Shown piece by piece: positions 1-8,426 of a stretch of 64,000 bases of DNA. Both the position numbers and the translations under genes were made by a program. The notes under the pieces are model-generated. The model ran no database searches and was not told the DNA's origin. It saw only the letters and a program-made list of their open reading frames with translations. The stretch is taken from positions 32,001 to 96,000 of the forward strand of contig CBDBFU010000027.1 in NCBI GenBank assembly GCA_965205025.1, read 5' to 3'. Numbering within the stretch: position 1 is the first letter of the stretch; every line of letters begins with the position of its first letter. Source of the DNA: Candidatus Poribacteria bacterium. GTDB taxonomy: Bacteria > Poribacteria > WGA-4E > WGA-3G.

Positions 1-653
1 ATATTGATGCTTTTGAGGTGACGAATGCCCAATTCAAAGCTTTTATTGATGCGAATCCAGAGTGGCGTAAAGACACTATTCCACGGGAATATCATAATGG
101 TCGTTATTTACGCCTTTGGGATGGGGACAACTATCCGGAGGGTAAAGGGAATCATCCTGTTGTGTATGTGAGTTGGTATGCGGCGATGGCTTATGCTTCT
201 TGGGTAGGTAAACGTCTTCCGACTGAGGCGGAATGGGAGAAGGCGGCACGTGGTGGCGTTGTGGGTCAAAGGTATGTTTGGGGTGATGTACGTGATCCAA
301 GTAAATCGAACTATGGGTATTTTGATACGAATACGTTGGCAGTTGGTAGTTATTTACCTAATGGGTATGGTTTGTATGATATGGGTGGAAATGTGTTGGA
401 ACTATGCTTGGATGAATATGATAAGGATTATTATAAGAGTTCTCCGAAAGAGAATCCACTCTGTGGGGATATGGATAAGGATGTTTTGTTGAGAGATTTT
501 TTGGATGTGCGTACACGTCGTGTTTCGCGTGGGGGTTCTTGGAATTCGCCTGGTCCAGCGCAGACGGCTGACCGTGGTAGGGGTTTACCGTCAAATACGA
601 ATAGTTGGGTTGGGTTTCGCTGTGTTAAAGATGGTATACAATTGGTTGATTAG
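1..653 (+). CDS. Formylglycine-generating enzyme (FGE-sulfatase/SUMF1) domain protein, 5' truncated by window edge
   Basis: Motifs (IDAF)EVTNAQF, HPVVYVSWYAAMAYASWVGKRLPTEAEWEKAARGG, NGYGLYDMGGNV, RGGSW and GFRC; the frame is open to the window start. Confidence 0.9.
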   Translation, partial: IDAFEVTNAQFKAFIDANPEWRKDTIPREYHNGRYLRLWDGDNYPEGKGNHPVVYVSWYAAMAYASWVGKRLPTEAEWEKAARGGVVGQRYVWGDVRDPSKSNYGYFDTNTLAVGSYLPNGYGLYDMGGNVLELCLDEYDKDYYKSSPKENPLCGDMDKDVLLRDFLDVRTRRVSRGGSWNSPGPAQTADRGRGLPSNTNSWVGFRCVKDGIQLVD

Positions 654-774
654 TTATTGGTTTTTGGTTGTTGGTTATCAGTTTTCAGCCAACTTTACCC
701 ATCCTTTACTTATCTTTTTGTTGATTTTTATAGATTATTATTGTATTATCTTAATAGTGCTAACCTGGTGATTA

Positions 775-1176
775 ATGAGTGATGAAAAAGAAGATTCAAT
801 CTTATCTGAAATATTAATAGAATGGACACCATCTGTTCTCTGGCGTTCATTCACTATTGTCTTAATTTATTTTATCTGGCAATTAATAGATACAAACGGT
901 GATTTTAATAAAGTCCTATTGAACATAGGTACAATAATGCCATTAACAATTCTATTGGCTTCACTTACTTTAGAAAGGAGAGGTTTTGTTATGTTCACTG
1001 AATTATGGGTTAAGCGTAGAATCGCCAAAGCAAAAGCCGAAGGTAAAGCCGAAGGTAAAGCCGAAGGTAAAGCCGAAAGTAAGACTAAGTTACAAAATCT
1101 TCAATCCGAATGGGAAACTTGGGTAAAAAATGGAAAAGATCCTAAAAATATGCCTGAACTCCCAAAGGATCTATAA
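775..1176 (+). CDS. Hypothetical membrane protein with C-terminal (KAEG)n repeat
   Basis: Two hydrophobic segments; 12-bp tandem repeat AAAGCCGAAGGT at ~1033-1078. Confidence 0.6.
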   Translation: MSDEKEDSILSEILIEWTPSVLWRSFTIVLIYFIWQLIDTNGDFNKVLLNIGTIMPLTILLASLTLERRGFVMFTELWVKRRIAKAKAEGKAEGKAEGKAESKTKLQNLQSEWETWVKNGKDPKNMPELPKDL

Positions 1177-1374
1177 TCTACAATTACGCTTTTGCCAGGC
1201 TTCTCTCACTGACAAACTTATCAAATATGCTATCCATATCACGATAATTGTATTTATACCATTTCTATTTAAATAGTTCACATTACGGGTGTTCTTAGTA
1301 ATCACTAAAGGTCTGTGGTACAAAGATTTGTGGGATTCGGGAATTGGAATTCCCTCCTACAGAAGAGGTGTGTT

Positions 1375-3615
1375 TTAATAACGGCTTAGCAGTTCTATAC
1401 CCCAGAATCGTGGTTCATTGACATAACCCGTTAGGTTGTTGAAATCTATGCCACCTGTGGGGGATGTGTCGTTGAGTATGTTTCTTCCAAAGATGGCTAT
1501 CTCTGAATATGCATGTGGGAATTGACATGCAAGGCGTATCCCTCCCTCTAAGAGTGAATCATCACTATATTCCACAGAGTCATATAGAAAGAAGTGGACT
1601 CGACTACGATATGCCCAGTCTGTGGATGCGATAAGACGGTAGCCTGCAGGTAGTTCGATAAGATAACTTGCCTCAATGTCTGCAATCCATGCGGGTGCTT
1701 GCGGTAAAGTGTTACCGTCAATAGAATATGTATTCTCTACCGAACCGACAGGATCAAGCACAGTACATGGGGCACCACACCCTTGTATTGCTAAATTTGG
1801 ATCATCAATTTGGGTGTGGTTGTAACTGAATCCTGTTGTTATTGCGAATGTGTATATTGGGTTAAAAGCAATTTCTACCTCCACCCCGCGCCCGATTGTG
1901 TTTTCAACGTTAACCAACCGATTGAAATTCGCTTCTCCACCGACAGCCGTAAGTTGTTGATCCTGCATAGTGTAGTTGAATGCTGCGAGATTTAGGTGTA
2001 ATCGTTGATCCCATAGGCGCATCTTTGTTCCAAGTTCAACTGAATGTATGGTTTCTGTATCTGCTACCGTAACTTCGTTTCCAAAGAGTAAGCGTCCCTG
2101 TATGCTGGGAGCGCGGAAGCCTCGTGCACCCCGTAGATATGTCTGCATGTTTGAGGTGATCTCATATCGTAGGTTTAGGTCTCCACTCCAGACTGTGTCT
2201 TGTGGGTTTTTATGAATGGGACCGAGTGTGCCAGCTTCTGTAGTGGCAGGTGCTTGGTCTCTCCATGCGGTGTAATCCTTTACATCATTAGACAATCGTA
2301 TACCAGCCCCTAATTCCAGAGGATCCGCCAGTTGGTATGTCATTGCGGCAAATGCTGCACTTCCGGTAGCAGTTTGTTCTTGGCGTACGATTCCATCCAA
2401 AGACCCACCCGCCAATGTGTTGTAATTGAAATCCTCCATCTCAACGAATTCATGGAAGTAGTATAGTCCGAAGAGATATGTAATGGGAAGGTTTTCTGGA
2501 CTCATGAATCTGAGTTCTTGACTGAATTGCTGTAAGCGGGGTATACCGGAAGCTGTTTCTGAAGGAAAAGGGATATTACCTGGTCCGCTTGGTTGATCGG
2601 ATAAGAAGGCTGCCCCGTATCCGCCATCTATATCTCCGCGAGAAAATGTGGTAAGCCGTTCTATGCCAGTGAGTGATATGATTTCGTGATTTCCAATATC
2701 ATAACTGATTTGAAGGTTCATACCGAATGATTTTAGTGTTTGCTCATTCTGCCCGTCTTGCGAGACGTTTGTTCTATCAAAGTCGTCTATCAATCCACCT
2801 TCTTTTGGTTTGAGTATGTTTGCTCGAAATAGGCGTGCTGTCCCATCAAGATCGCGTGCCTGGAGTTTGAACCATGCTTCCAATTCTGGTGTTGGTGTCC
2901 ATAATAACTGAATCCGTGAGGCTATATCGCGGTGTCCACCCAATGCATATTCTTCGTTAGTGTGTTGATTGTTTACCCAATCACGGCGTGTTTGTGTTAA
3001 TCCTGATATGCGTGCCGATAGAACGTATGGGATGAAAGGTATAGATACTGCTCCTTCAATATTTATTGTGTTTAGGCTGCCATAATTCACACGGCTAAAT
3101 CCATCAGGTTCGTGTGTGGGACGTGCGGATTCAAATTTTACTGTTCCGGCAGGTGTGTTACGTCCGAATAGTGTGCCTTGGGGTCCGCGTAATATTTCAA
3201 TTCGATTTAAGTCAAATGCGGGGAAACCTTTTAGTAATGGGTTTTCCAATACGACTCCATCGTAGAGTACTGATACGGGTTGTGATGCATTGAGATCGAA
3301 GTCTGTGTTGCCGAGTCCTCGAATGTAAAAGCGAGGGAAGACTCTACCGAAGGACGATTCCATTTGTAGACTGGGTGTTCGGTTGGATAGAAATCGAAGA
3401 TCTAATCCTGATGCGCGTATAGCGTTGGATTTATCCCCATATATTGTGGAAACGGATAGGGGTACGTTAAAAGGTTGTTGGGTGCGTTTTTGGGCAGTTA
3501 CCACAATATCATCTAAGGTATAGATTTCGTCTGTGTTTTCGTTGGCAATGGCGGATATGGATATGATTAATATTGCTAAGATAGATATGATGGTGAGTTG
3601 TTTGGTTTGGTGCAT
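1375..3615 (-). CDS. TonB-dependent outer-membrane receptor
   Basis: Signal peptide, TonB box DDIVVTAQKR, plug motif RIEILRGPQGTLFGRNTPAG, C-terminal PRFWGIELLSRY. Confidence 0.93.
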   Translation of the reverse strand: MHQTKQLTIISILAILIISISAIANENTDEIYTLDDIVVTAQKRTQQPFNVPLSVSTIYGDKSNAIRASGLDLRFLSNRTPSLQMESSFGRVFPRFYIRGLGNTDFDLNASQPVSVLYDGVVLENPLLKGFPAFDLNRIEILRGPQGTLFGRNTPAGTVKFESARPTHEPDGFSRVNYGSLNTINIEGAVSIPFIPYVLSARISGLTQTRRDWVNNQHTNEEYALGGHRDIASRIQLLWTPTPELEAWFKLQARDLDGTARLFRANILKPKEGGLIDDFDRTNVSQDGQNEQTLKSFGMNLQISYDIGNHEIISLTGIERLTTFSRGDIDGGYGAAFLSDQPSGPGNIPFPSETASGIPRLQQFSQELRFMSPENLPITYLFGLYYFHEFVEMEDFNYNTLAGGSLDGIVRQEQTATGSAAFAAMTYQLADPLELGAGIRLSNDVKDYTAWRDQAPATTEAGTLGPIHKNPQDTVWSGDLNLRYEITSNMQTYLRGARGFRAPSIQGRLLFGNEVTVADTETIHSVELGTKMRLWDQRLHLNLAAFNYTMQDQQLTAVGGEANFNRLVNVENTIGRGVEVEIAFNPIYTFAITTGFSYNHTQIDDPNLAIQGCGAPCTVLDPVGSVENTYSIDGNTLPQAPAWIADIEASYLIELPAGYRLIASTDWAYRSRVHFFLYDSVEYSDDSLLEGGIRLACQFPHAYSEIAIFGRNILNDTSPTGGIDFNNLTGYVNEPRFWGIELLSRY

Positions 3616-3660
3616 TTTAGTTATTTAGCTGTTGGCTATTGGCATTTAGCTATCAGTTGT

Positions 3661-3954
3661 TTAGTTATTGGTTTTATTGAATTCTATTTTTTCTCGTGCC
3701 TCAATTATTGCTTGTTCTATATCGTTTTGTGCCTCTTCCTCATCGACTTTAGGTATTTTATCCCATATTTTTTCCAGTATAGCAAATGATGTTTTTTGCT
3801 GTGTGAATATACGTTCATAAATGTCAATTGGAACAATAGCAGCAAGGGGTTTATCGTCATCTTTTATTATCAATCTATCTCCATTATGGTGAACCCTGTT
3901 CAGAAATTCATTTAACTTCAGTTGTAATTCTACAGTAGAAACTTCTTTACTCAT
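3661..3954 (-). CDS. Phd/YefM-family antitoxin
   Basis: N-terminal pattern EVSTVELQLKLNEFLNRVHHNGDRLII..DKPLAAIVP; GGAG RBS upstream. Confidence 0.75.
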   Translation of the reverse strand: MSKEVSTVELQLKLNEFLNRVHHNGDRLIIKDDDKPLAAIVPIDIYERIFTQQKTSFAILEKIWDKIPKVDEEEAQNDIEQAIIEAREKIEFNKTNN

Positions 3955-4150
3955 TTGTTGCTCCTAATATCATTTTAATGTCTACTTGTGTCCTTCTCAA
4001 GTATAGCATAAGTTATTTGGAAAATCAAAATAGTTATTGGTTATTGGCTTTCAGCTTTCAGTACTCAGTTAATCTGACTGAATCTCGGATTTCACGGAGG
4101 GATGTAAGGGTCGGGAATCGGAGTTCCAGCATACAGAAGAATCGGAATGA

Positions 4151-4178
4151 TGTAACCTTTTTATCTGATTTTCATTCT
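4151..4178 (+). promoter_or_regulatory. Candidate ECF sigma promoter TGTAAC-N16-CATTCT
   Basis: The same motif with the same spacing occurs at 6316-6343; the two flank the ECF sigma gene. Confidence 0.5.
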
Positions 4179-4247
4179 TACTTGCAATGATGGTTGAAAA
4201 CAATCTGTTTCATATATATATACTATACGCAAAAATGGAGAAATGTC

Positions 4248-5555
4248 ATGGATAAACATAAGGTTGATGTGTGGGAAACTTTTCTGAATACAATGCAAAA
4301 TCGTGGGGTGTCACATAGTTGGGAGGTGTCTCCAGAGACACAAAGGGAACTGATTGAGTATTTCAAGATGAAAATTGATGCTGGGGTTGTGGATGGCAAG
4401 ACTACTTTTCCAACAGATCTTATTTGGAATGAGTATGTCTGGCGGTTTCCTGATGAAATGCGAGAAGAATTGACCGAATATGCGAGACAGGTTTTTGAAT
4501 CTGATTCGAATAACGGGGCAGCAGCGAAATTCTTGGCAATTGTGACTGCGGGTGTGTCTTACGATTTTCCAACCGATGAATTTTGGGATCTGTATGAAAA
4601 GGTAATGGAATTGATGCCATACGAAGTGGATATGTGCTATTATGCGTTCGAGAATTCCACCCTTGAGATACTCCATGAAGAAGGTGTTGTTGCTCTTGAG
4701 AGGATGTTTGAACGGTATCGTGAAGGTGAGAAACCGACTTTGTATCAGTTGTTGTATCGGTGTTGTTACGACTATTTACATGTTACCTCAAGACCTACAG
4801 ATTTCTATGAGAGGCTTGATCGGGATGATCCGCTTTTCGATCGCTGGACATCGGTATTCGGTAAGATTCAGAATGTGTTTGAAAAACAGTTAGAGAAAAC
4901 CCCTGATCATTGGCATACTGTGCGGATGCTGGGTGAAATTCTTGAGGCGGTAGGTGATACCGATGGTTTGGAAAGGGTATATAAAGAAGCACAGGTTGTC
5001 TTTGAAAGAAAACTGGAACTGGATGAAAATGATTCTGAGGCTTTATACGGATTAGGGAATATCCATGAGAAGTTCGGGAATGCAACGCTTGCCAGAGAAT
5101 ATAGGGTGAGAAAGAATCCGAGTTTGGGTTTTGAAGGTCAACTCATGCCTGATTTCCCTTCTGGTACGGTTGATCTTGATGGGAATCCGATTTCGCTTGC
5201 GGATTATCGTGGTAAATTAGTGTTGGTTGATTTCTGGGCAGTGTGGTGTGGTCCTTGTGTTGGTGAGATTCCGCATATCAAATCTGTCTACGAAAAATAT
5301 CACGATAAAGGTTTCGATGTCATTGGTGTGAGTTTGGATGATGATGTCGATATGTTGCGGAAGTTCAGTACGGAGAAAGGTATATCGTGGCGTCAGGTTA
5401 AGGATGATGGTGGTTTCAGTGGTGGTTTTGCAAAGCAGTATGGTATTCGTAGTATTCCAGCACCGTTTTTGATTGATCCTGATGGTAAGGTTTTAACTAC
5501 AAAAGCGCGTCGTCACGTATTGGATGAGTTGGTTATGAAGGCTATTGGTTGTTAG
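4248..5555 (+). CDS. TPR-like plus TlpA/ResA thioredoxin-like (redoxin) protein
   Basis: DLDGNPISLADYRGKLVLVDFWAVWCGPC...YGIRSIP; helical TPR-like segment EALYGLGNIHEKFG; ATG at 4248 after GGAG. Confidence 0.85.
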   Translation: MDKHKVDVWETFLNTMQNRGVSHSWEVSPETQRELIEYFKMKIDAGVVDGKTTFPTDLIWNEYVWRFPDEMREELTEYARQVFESDSNNGAAAKFLAIVTAGVSYDFPTDEFWDLYEKVMELMPYEVDMCYYAFENSTLEILHEEGVVALERMFERYREGEKPTLYQLLYRCCYDYLHVTSRPTDFYERLDRDDPLFDRWTSVFGKIQNVFEKQLEKTPDHWHTVRMLGEILEAVGDTDGLERVYKEAQVVFERKLELDENDSEALYGLGNIHEKFGNATLAREYRVRKNPSLGFEGQLMPDFPSGTVDLDGNPISLADYRGKLVLVDFWAVWCGPCVGEIPHIKSVYEKYHDKGFDVIGVSLDDDVDMLRKFSTEKGISWRQVKDDGGFSGGFAKQYGIRSIPAPFLIDPDGKVLTTKARRHVLDELVMKAIGC

Positions 5556-5696
5556 TTGTTGGTTTACAGTTTAAATGTAGAATGGACTTTTTTGTAGGAG
5601 CGATCTCCGAATCGCGACCCCCAAATACAGTCGGGAATCGGAGTTCCCTCCTACAGAAGAGTAAGGATTACACGTATATAGTAGAGGATTGTTGTA

Positions 5697-6293
5697 ATGG
5701 ATGAATATCAAGATGATGAATTAGTGCATCAGAATTTGGATGACGCTGATGAGGGTGCATTTGAAATTCTATATCATAGGTATGAAGGTCCTCTACTCAG
5801 TTTTTTCTACCGTCGTGTAAATAATTGGGAGACGGCACAAGATCTTGTGCAAGAGACGTTTATCAAGGTCCACCAAAATCTTGAGAATTTGAAGAAACCG
5901 AAGAGTTTTTCAAGTTGGTTGTTTAGTATTGCGTATCAACTTGTGGCTGCGCATTTCCGTGAAGCACAAAGAAAACTGGAAACGGGGTCGTTGGAGGGGA
6001 ATCCTGAAGCGTATTTGGTGGATCTTGAACATCGATCGCCGATCTATCGGATTATCGGTAAGGAGCAGATGGAGATTGTTATGTCTTTGGTGAAACGGCT
6101 ACCGAAGTCTGAACAGGAGGTCTTTGCGTTGAAGCTTGCGAACCCGAAGATGATGCTTGTTGAGATTGCGGATCGGTTGAATATTGCTGTGTCCGCGACG
6201 AAGGTTCGTATGTATCGTGCAAAAAAAAAGATTGTTGGGTGGATGAAAACGGAATATCCTGGTGAATTTGACCATATATTGGAAGGGAAGTAG
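5697..6293 (+). CDS. ECF RNA polymerase sigma-70 factor
   Basis: Region 2 AFEILYHRY..AQDLVQETFIKV..FSSWLFSIA; region 4 LPKSEQEVF..EIADRLNIAVSATKVRMYRA. Confidence 0.92.
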   Translation: MDEYQDDELVHQNLDDADEGAFEILYHRYEGPLLSFFYRRVNNWETAQDLVQETFIKVHQNLENLKKPKSFSSWLFSIAYQLVAAHFREAQRKLETGSLEGNPEAYLVDLEHRSPIYRIIGKEQMEIVMSLVKRLPKSEQEVFALKLANPKMMLVEIADRLNIAVSATKVRMYRAKKKIVGWMKTEYPGEFDHILEGK

Positions 6294-6315
6294 GCTGTTG
6301 GCTATTGGCTATTTA

Positions 6316-6343
6316 TGTAACCTATTTTGTTGTTTTACATTCT
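6316..6343 (+). promoter_or_regulatory. Candidate ECF sigma promoter TGTAAC-N16-CATTCT
   Basis: Matches 4151-4178; lies upstream of the AAGGAGG RBS of the 6367 ORF. Confidence 0.5.
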
Positions 6344-6366
6344 GATTATTATAAAGGAGGATATGC

Positions 6367-7089
6367 ATGGTTCCGAATGATGTGAAGGAATTGCTAAAGT
6401 CATTAATTGCGGAAGAATCTCTGCCGATTGATGTTGTTAATGTAACACCGATTGAGAATTATTCGATGTCATCGGATCATACCACGGAGTGCCGTATTAA
6501 AGATGTTATTCAGCAGTGGAATGCCGTGAATGCTGTGAGAAAGAGCCATTCGCGTTCCTCTGGAAAAACGGATATTATGCAATTTTATTCGAAAACTGAT
6601 GTGTCTTCTGCAGGTAAAGAGTTGTTGGAGTCGTTAGATGTTGAATTATTACTTGAATCCATTATTGCTGAACGTGAACTCCCTGTGCGTTATGCGGATC
6701 GCGGGTTCCGATTGGCTACGTTAGCGGAAGAAGATACATCACGGTATCCTGTTAAGATTCTTCATGGGGGTATTCGGTTTGAGAAACGAATTGGAACTCA
6801 GGTGCGGTCATCTGATCTTGAAGGTGTTGTTCATCGGTTTGAAGAGATTTTGAAGGAGAGACGGACGAAATCGAAATTGTTTCATCGTGGGTTTAAGTTG
6901 TTGAAGACTTCTGAAGATAATATCCCGTTACCAGAGATTAAAAGGATTGCGGATGAGATTGTAGGTAGGTTGGGTATTAATTATGTTTTGGATTCGTATA
7001 ATACGCCTGTCTCTGAGGATGTGTATCAATCTACGGATTGTACGAGTGCGAAAATATGTGTGTCTCTGTGGCGGTTTCCGAGGCGATGA
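6367..7089 (+). CDS. Hypothetical protein with internally duplicated motif (LLxSxIAExxLP)
   Basis: Strong AAGGAGG RBS, 240-aa ORF, no recognised family. Confidence 0.7.
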   Translation: MVPNDVKELLKSLIAEESLPIDVVNVTPIENYSMSSDHTTECRIKDVIQQWNAVNAVRKSHSRSSGKTDIMQFYSKTDVSSAGKELLESLDVELLLESIIAERELPVRYADRGFRLATLAEEDTSRYPVKILHGGIRFEKRIGTQVRSSDLEGVVHRFEEILKERRTKSKLFHRGFKLLKTSEDNIPLPEIKRIADEIVGRLGINYVLDSYNTPVSEDVYQSTDCTSAKICVSLWRFPRR

Positions 7090-7255
7090 AGAGAAGATAG
7101 AAGGATGGAAGGAGTAAGATCACAAACTAAAAGTTTGTGGTACAAAGAGAGGGAAGTGTAAGATTCGGGAATCGGAGTTCCCTCGTACAGAAGAGGTGGA
7201 AGATAAAAAGAGTATTTACAAACAATCAAGTTACGTGTAAAATGGAGAATAATAA

Positions 7256-7519
7256 ATGACGTATGTAATCTGTGAACCGTGCATTGATGTTAAAGATCAT
7301 GCGTGTGCGGATGTGTGTCCCGTTGAATGTATACACCCGATGCGTGATGAGGATGCGGAGAAGTTTGAAGAAGTTGACATGCTTTATATTGACCCTGAGG
7401 AGTGTATTGATTGTGATGTATGTGTGCCGGAATGTCCCGTTGAGGCTATCTTTATGGAAGAAGATGTGCCTGAAGAATGGGAACATTTCATTGAGATAAA
7501 TGCTGAATATTTTGAATGA
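7256..7519 (+). CDS. Dicluster (7Fe-type, FdxA-like) ferredoxin, copy 1
   Basis: CEPC..CADVCP..CIH..CIDCDVCVPECP motifs; acidic. Confidence 0.93.
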   Translation: MTYVICEPCIDVKDHACADVCPVECIHPMRDEDAEKFEEVDMLYIDPEECIDCDVCVPECPVEAIFMEEDVPEEWEHFIEINAEYFE

Positions 7520-7599
7520 CTTATATCGGATGGGGTAAGAAAGCCTATTGTTCTGGTTGACTACTTCTCCGTGAAATCCTAAGAAAGGAGATTACTCAA

Positions 7600-7863
7600 A
7601 TGACGTATGTGATTTGTGAACCTTGCATTGACGAGAAAGATAGTTCTTGTGTTGATGTGTGTCCTGTCGATTGCATTCATCCGCATCCAACGGATGCTGA
7701 GGATGAATTTGAAGAGGTTGAAATGCTCTACATTGATCCTGAAGAATGCATTGATTGTGGTGTATGTGAACCGGAATGTCCTGTTGAGGCTATCTTTATG
7801 GAAGAAGATGTGCCTGAAGAGTGGGAACATTTCATTGAGATTAATGCTGCGTATTTTGAATAA
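7600..7863 (+). CDS. Dicluster (7Fe-type, FdxA-like) ferredoxin, copy 2
   Basis: CEPC..CVDVCP..CIH..CIDCGVCEPECP; tandem paralog of copy 1. Confidence 0.93.
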   Translation: MTYVICEPCIDEKDSSCVDVCPVDCIHPHPTDAEDEFEEVEMLYIDPEECIDCGVCEPECPVEAIFMEEDVPEEWEHFIEINAAYFE

Positions 7864-7886
7864 ATAGCAGTGTGTATTATATATTA

Positions 7887-7930
7887 AAGGCGTTGTCTGA
7901 ACGGTTGTTTGGATGACGTCTTTTTTTTTT
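7887..7930 (+). terminator. Intrinsic terminator after the ferredoxins
   Basis: G-U-rich stem AGGCGTTGTCTGAAC/GTTTGGATGACGTCT followed by a poly-T run. Confidence 0.65.
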
Positions 7931-8085
7931 GCTGTTGGCTTTCAGCTATCGGCTATCAGTTAATATGGCTGTGCCTCGGATTTCGCGGATAAAAGGGTTT
8001 TGGGGACGGTTAAGTGTGAGATCACAAACTAAAAGTTTGTGGTACAAAGAGATGTTTTTTCTGAAAAACCAATTTTAAATGAAGA

Positions 8086-8160
8086 TACCCCCGACGAGAT
8101 TTGAACTCGTGTCGCCGCCGTGAAAGGGCGGTGTCCTTGGCCAGGCTAGACGACGGGGGC
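8086..8160 (-). tRNA. tRNA-Glu(TTC)
   Basis: Reverse complement GCCCCCGTCGTCTAGCCTGGCCAAGGACACCGCCC-TTC-ACGGCGG...GTTCAAATC..CGGGGGTA folds as a cloverleaf. Confidence 0.95.
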
Positions 8161-8166
8161 ATAATT

Positions 8167-8242
8167 TGGTGAGCCGTACAGGAATCGAACCTGTGACCAC
8201 CTGATTAAAAGTCAGATGCTCTACCTGCTGAGCTAACGGCTC
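8167..8242 (-). tRNA. tRNA-Lys(TTT)
   Basis: Reverse complement GAGCCGTTAGCTCAGCAGGTAGAGCATCTGACT-TTT-AATCAGG...GTTCGATTCCTGTACGGCTCACCA with encoded CCA. Confidence 0.96.
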
Positions 8243-8257
8243 AAAGCACAACGTATT

Positions 8258-8286
8258 ATTATACATAGATTTTGACGGATTGTCAA
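8258..8286 (-). promoter_or_regulatory. Sigma70 promoter of the tRNA-Lys-Glu operon
   Basis: TTGACA (8286-8281), 17 bp spacer, TATAAT (8263-8258) on the minus strand. Confidence 0.85.
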
Positions 8287-8322
8287 GTTAATTTGTCTGA
8301 ATCGCAGATTACGCGGAGAAGA

Positions 8323-8426
8323 GGCGGGAGGTTTAGCGTCTCTCCCGCAAGGACGTTCTTGAATAACACAAGTGCCAGTAATTTATACACGCGACTGGCG
8401 GCGACGAGAGATTATGTATGATCCTA
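8323..8426 (-). repeat. 3' trailer of B gene; inverted copy of 34909-35012, with two hairpins (terminator-like)
   Basis: About 100 bp identical by eye to the reverse complement of 34909-35012; stems GCCAGT/ACTGGC and GCGGGAG/CTCCCGC. Confidence 0.85.

Noticed and set aside
8075-8266. 63-aa ORF, and other short ORFs over REP clusters (22516, 24279, 40408, 42248, 43274, 57223)
   Set aside because: They overlap tRNAs or are translations of repeats.
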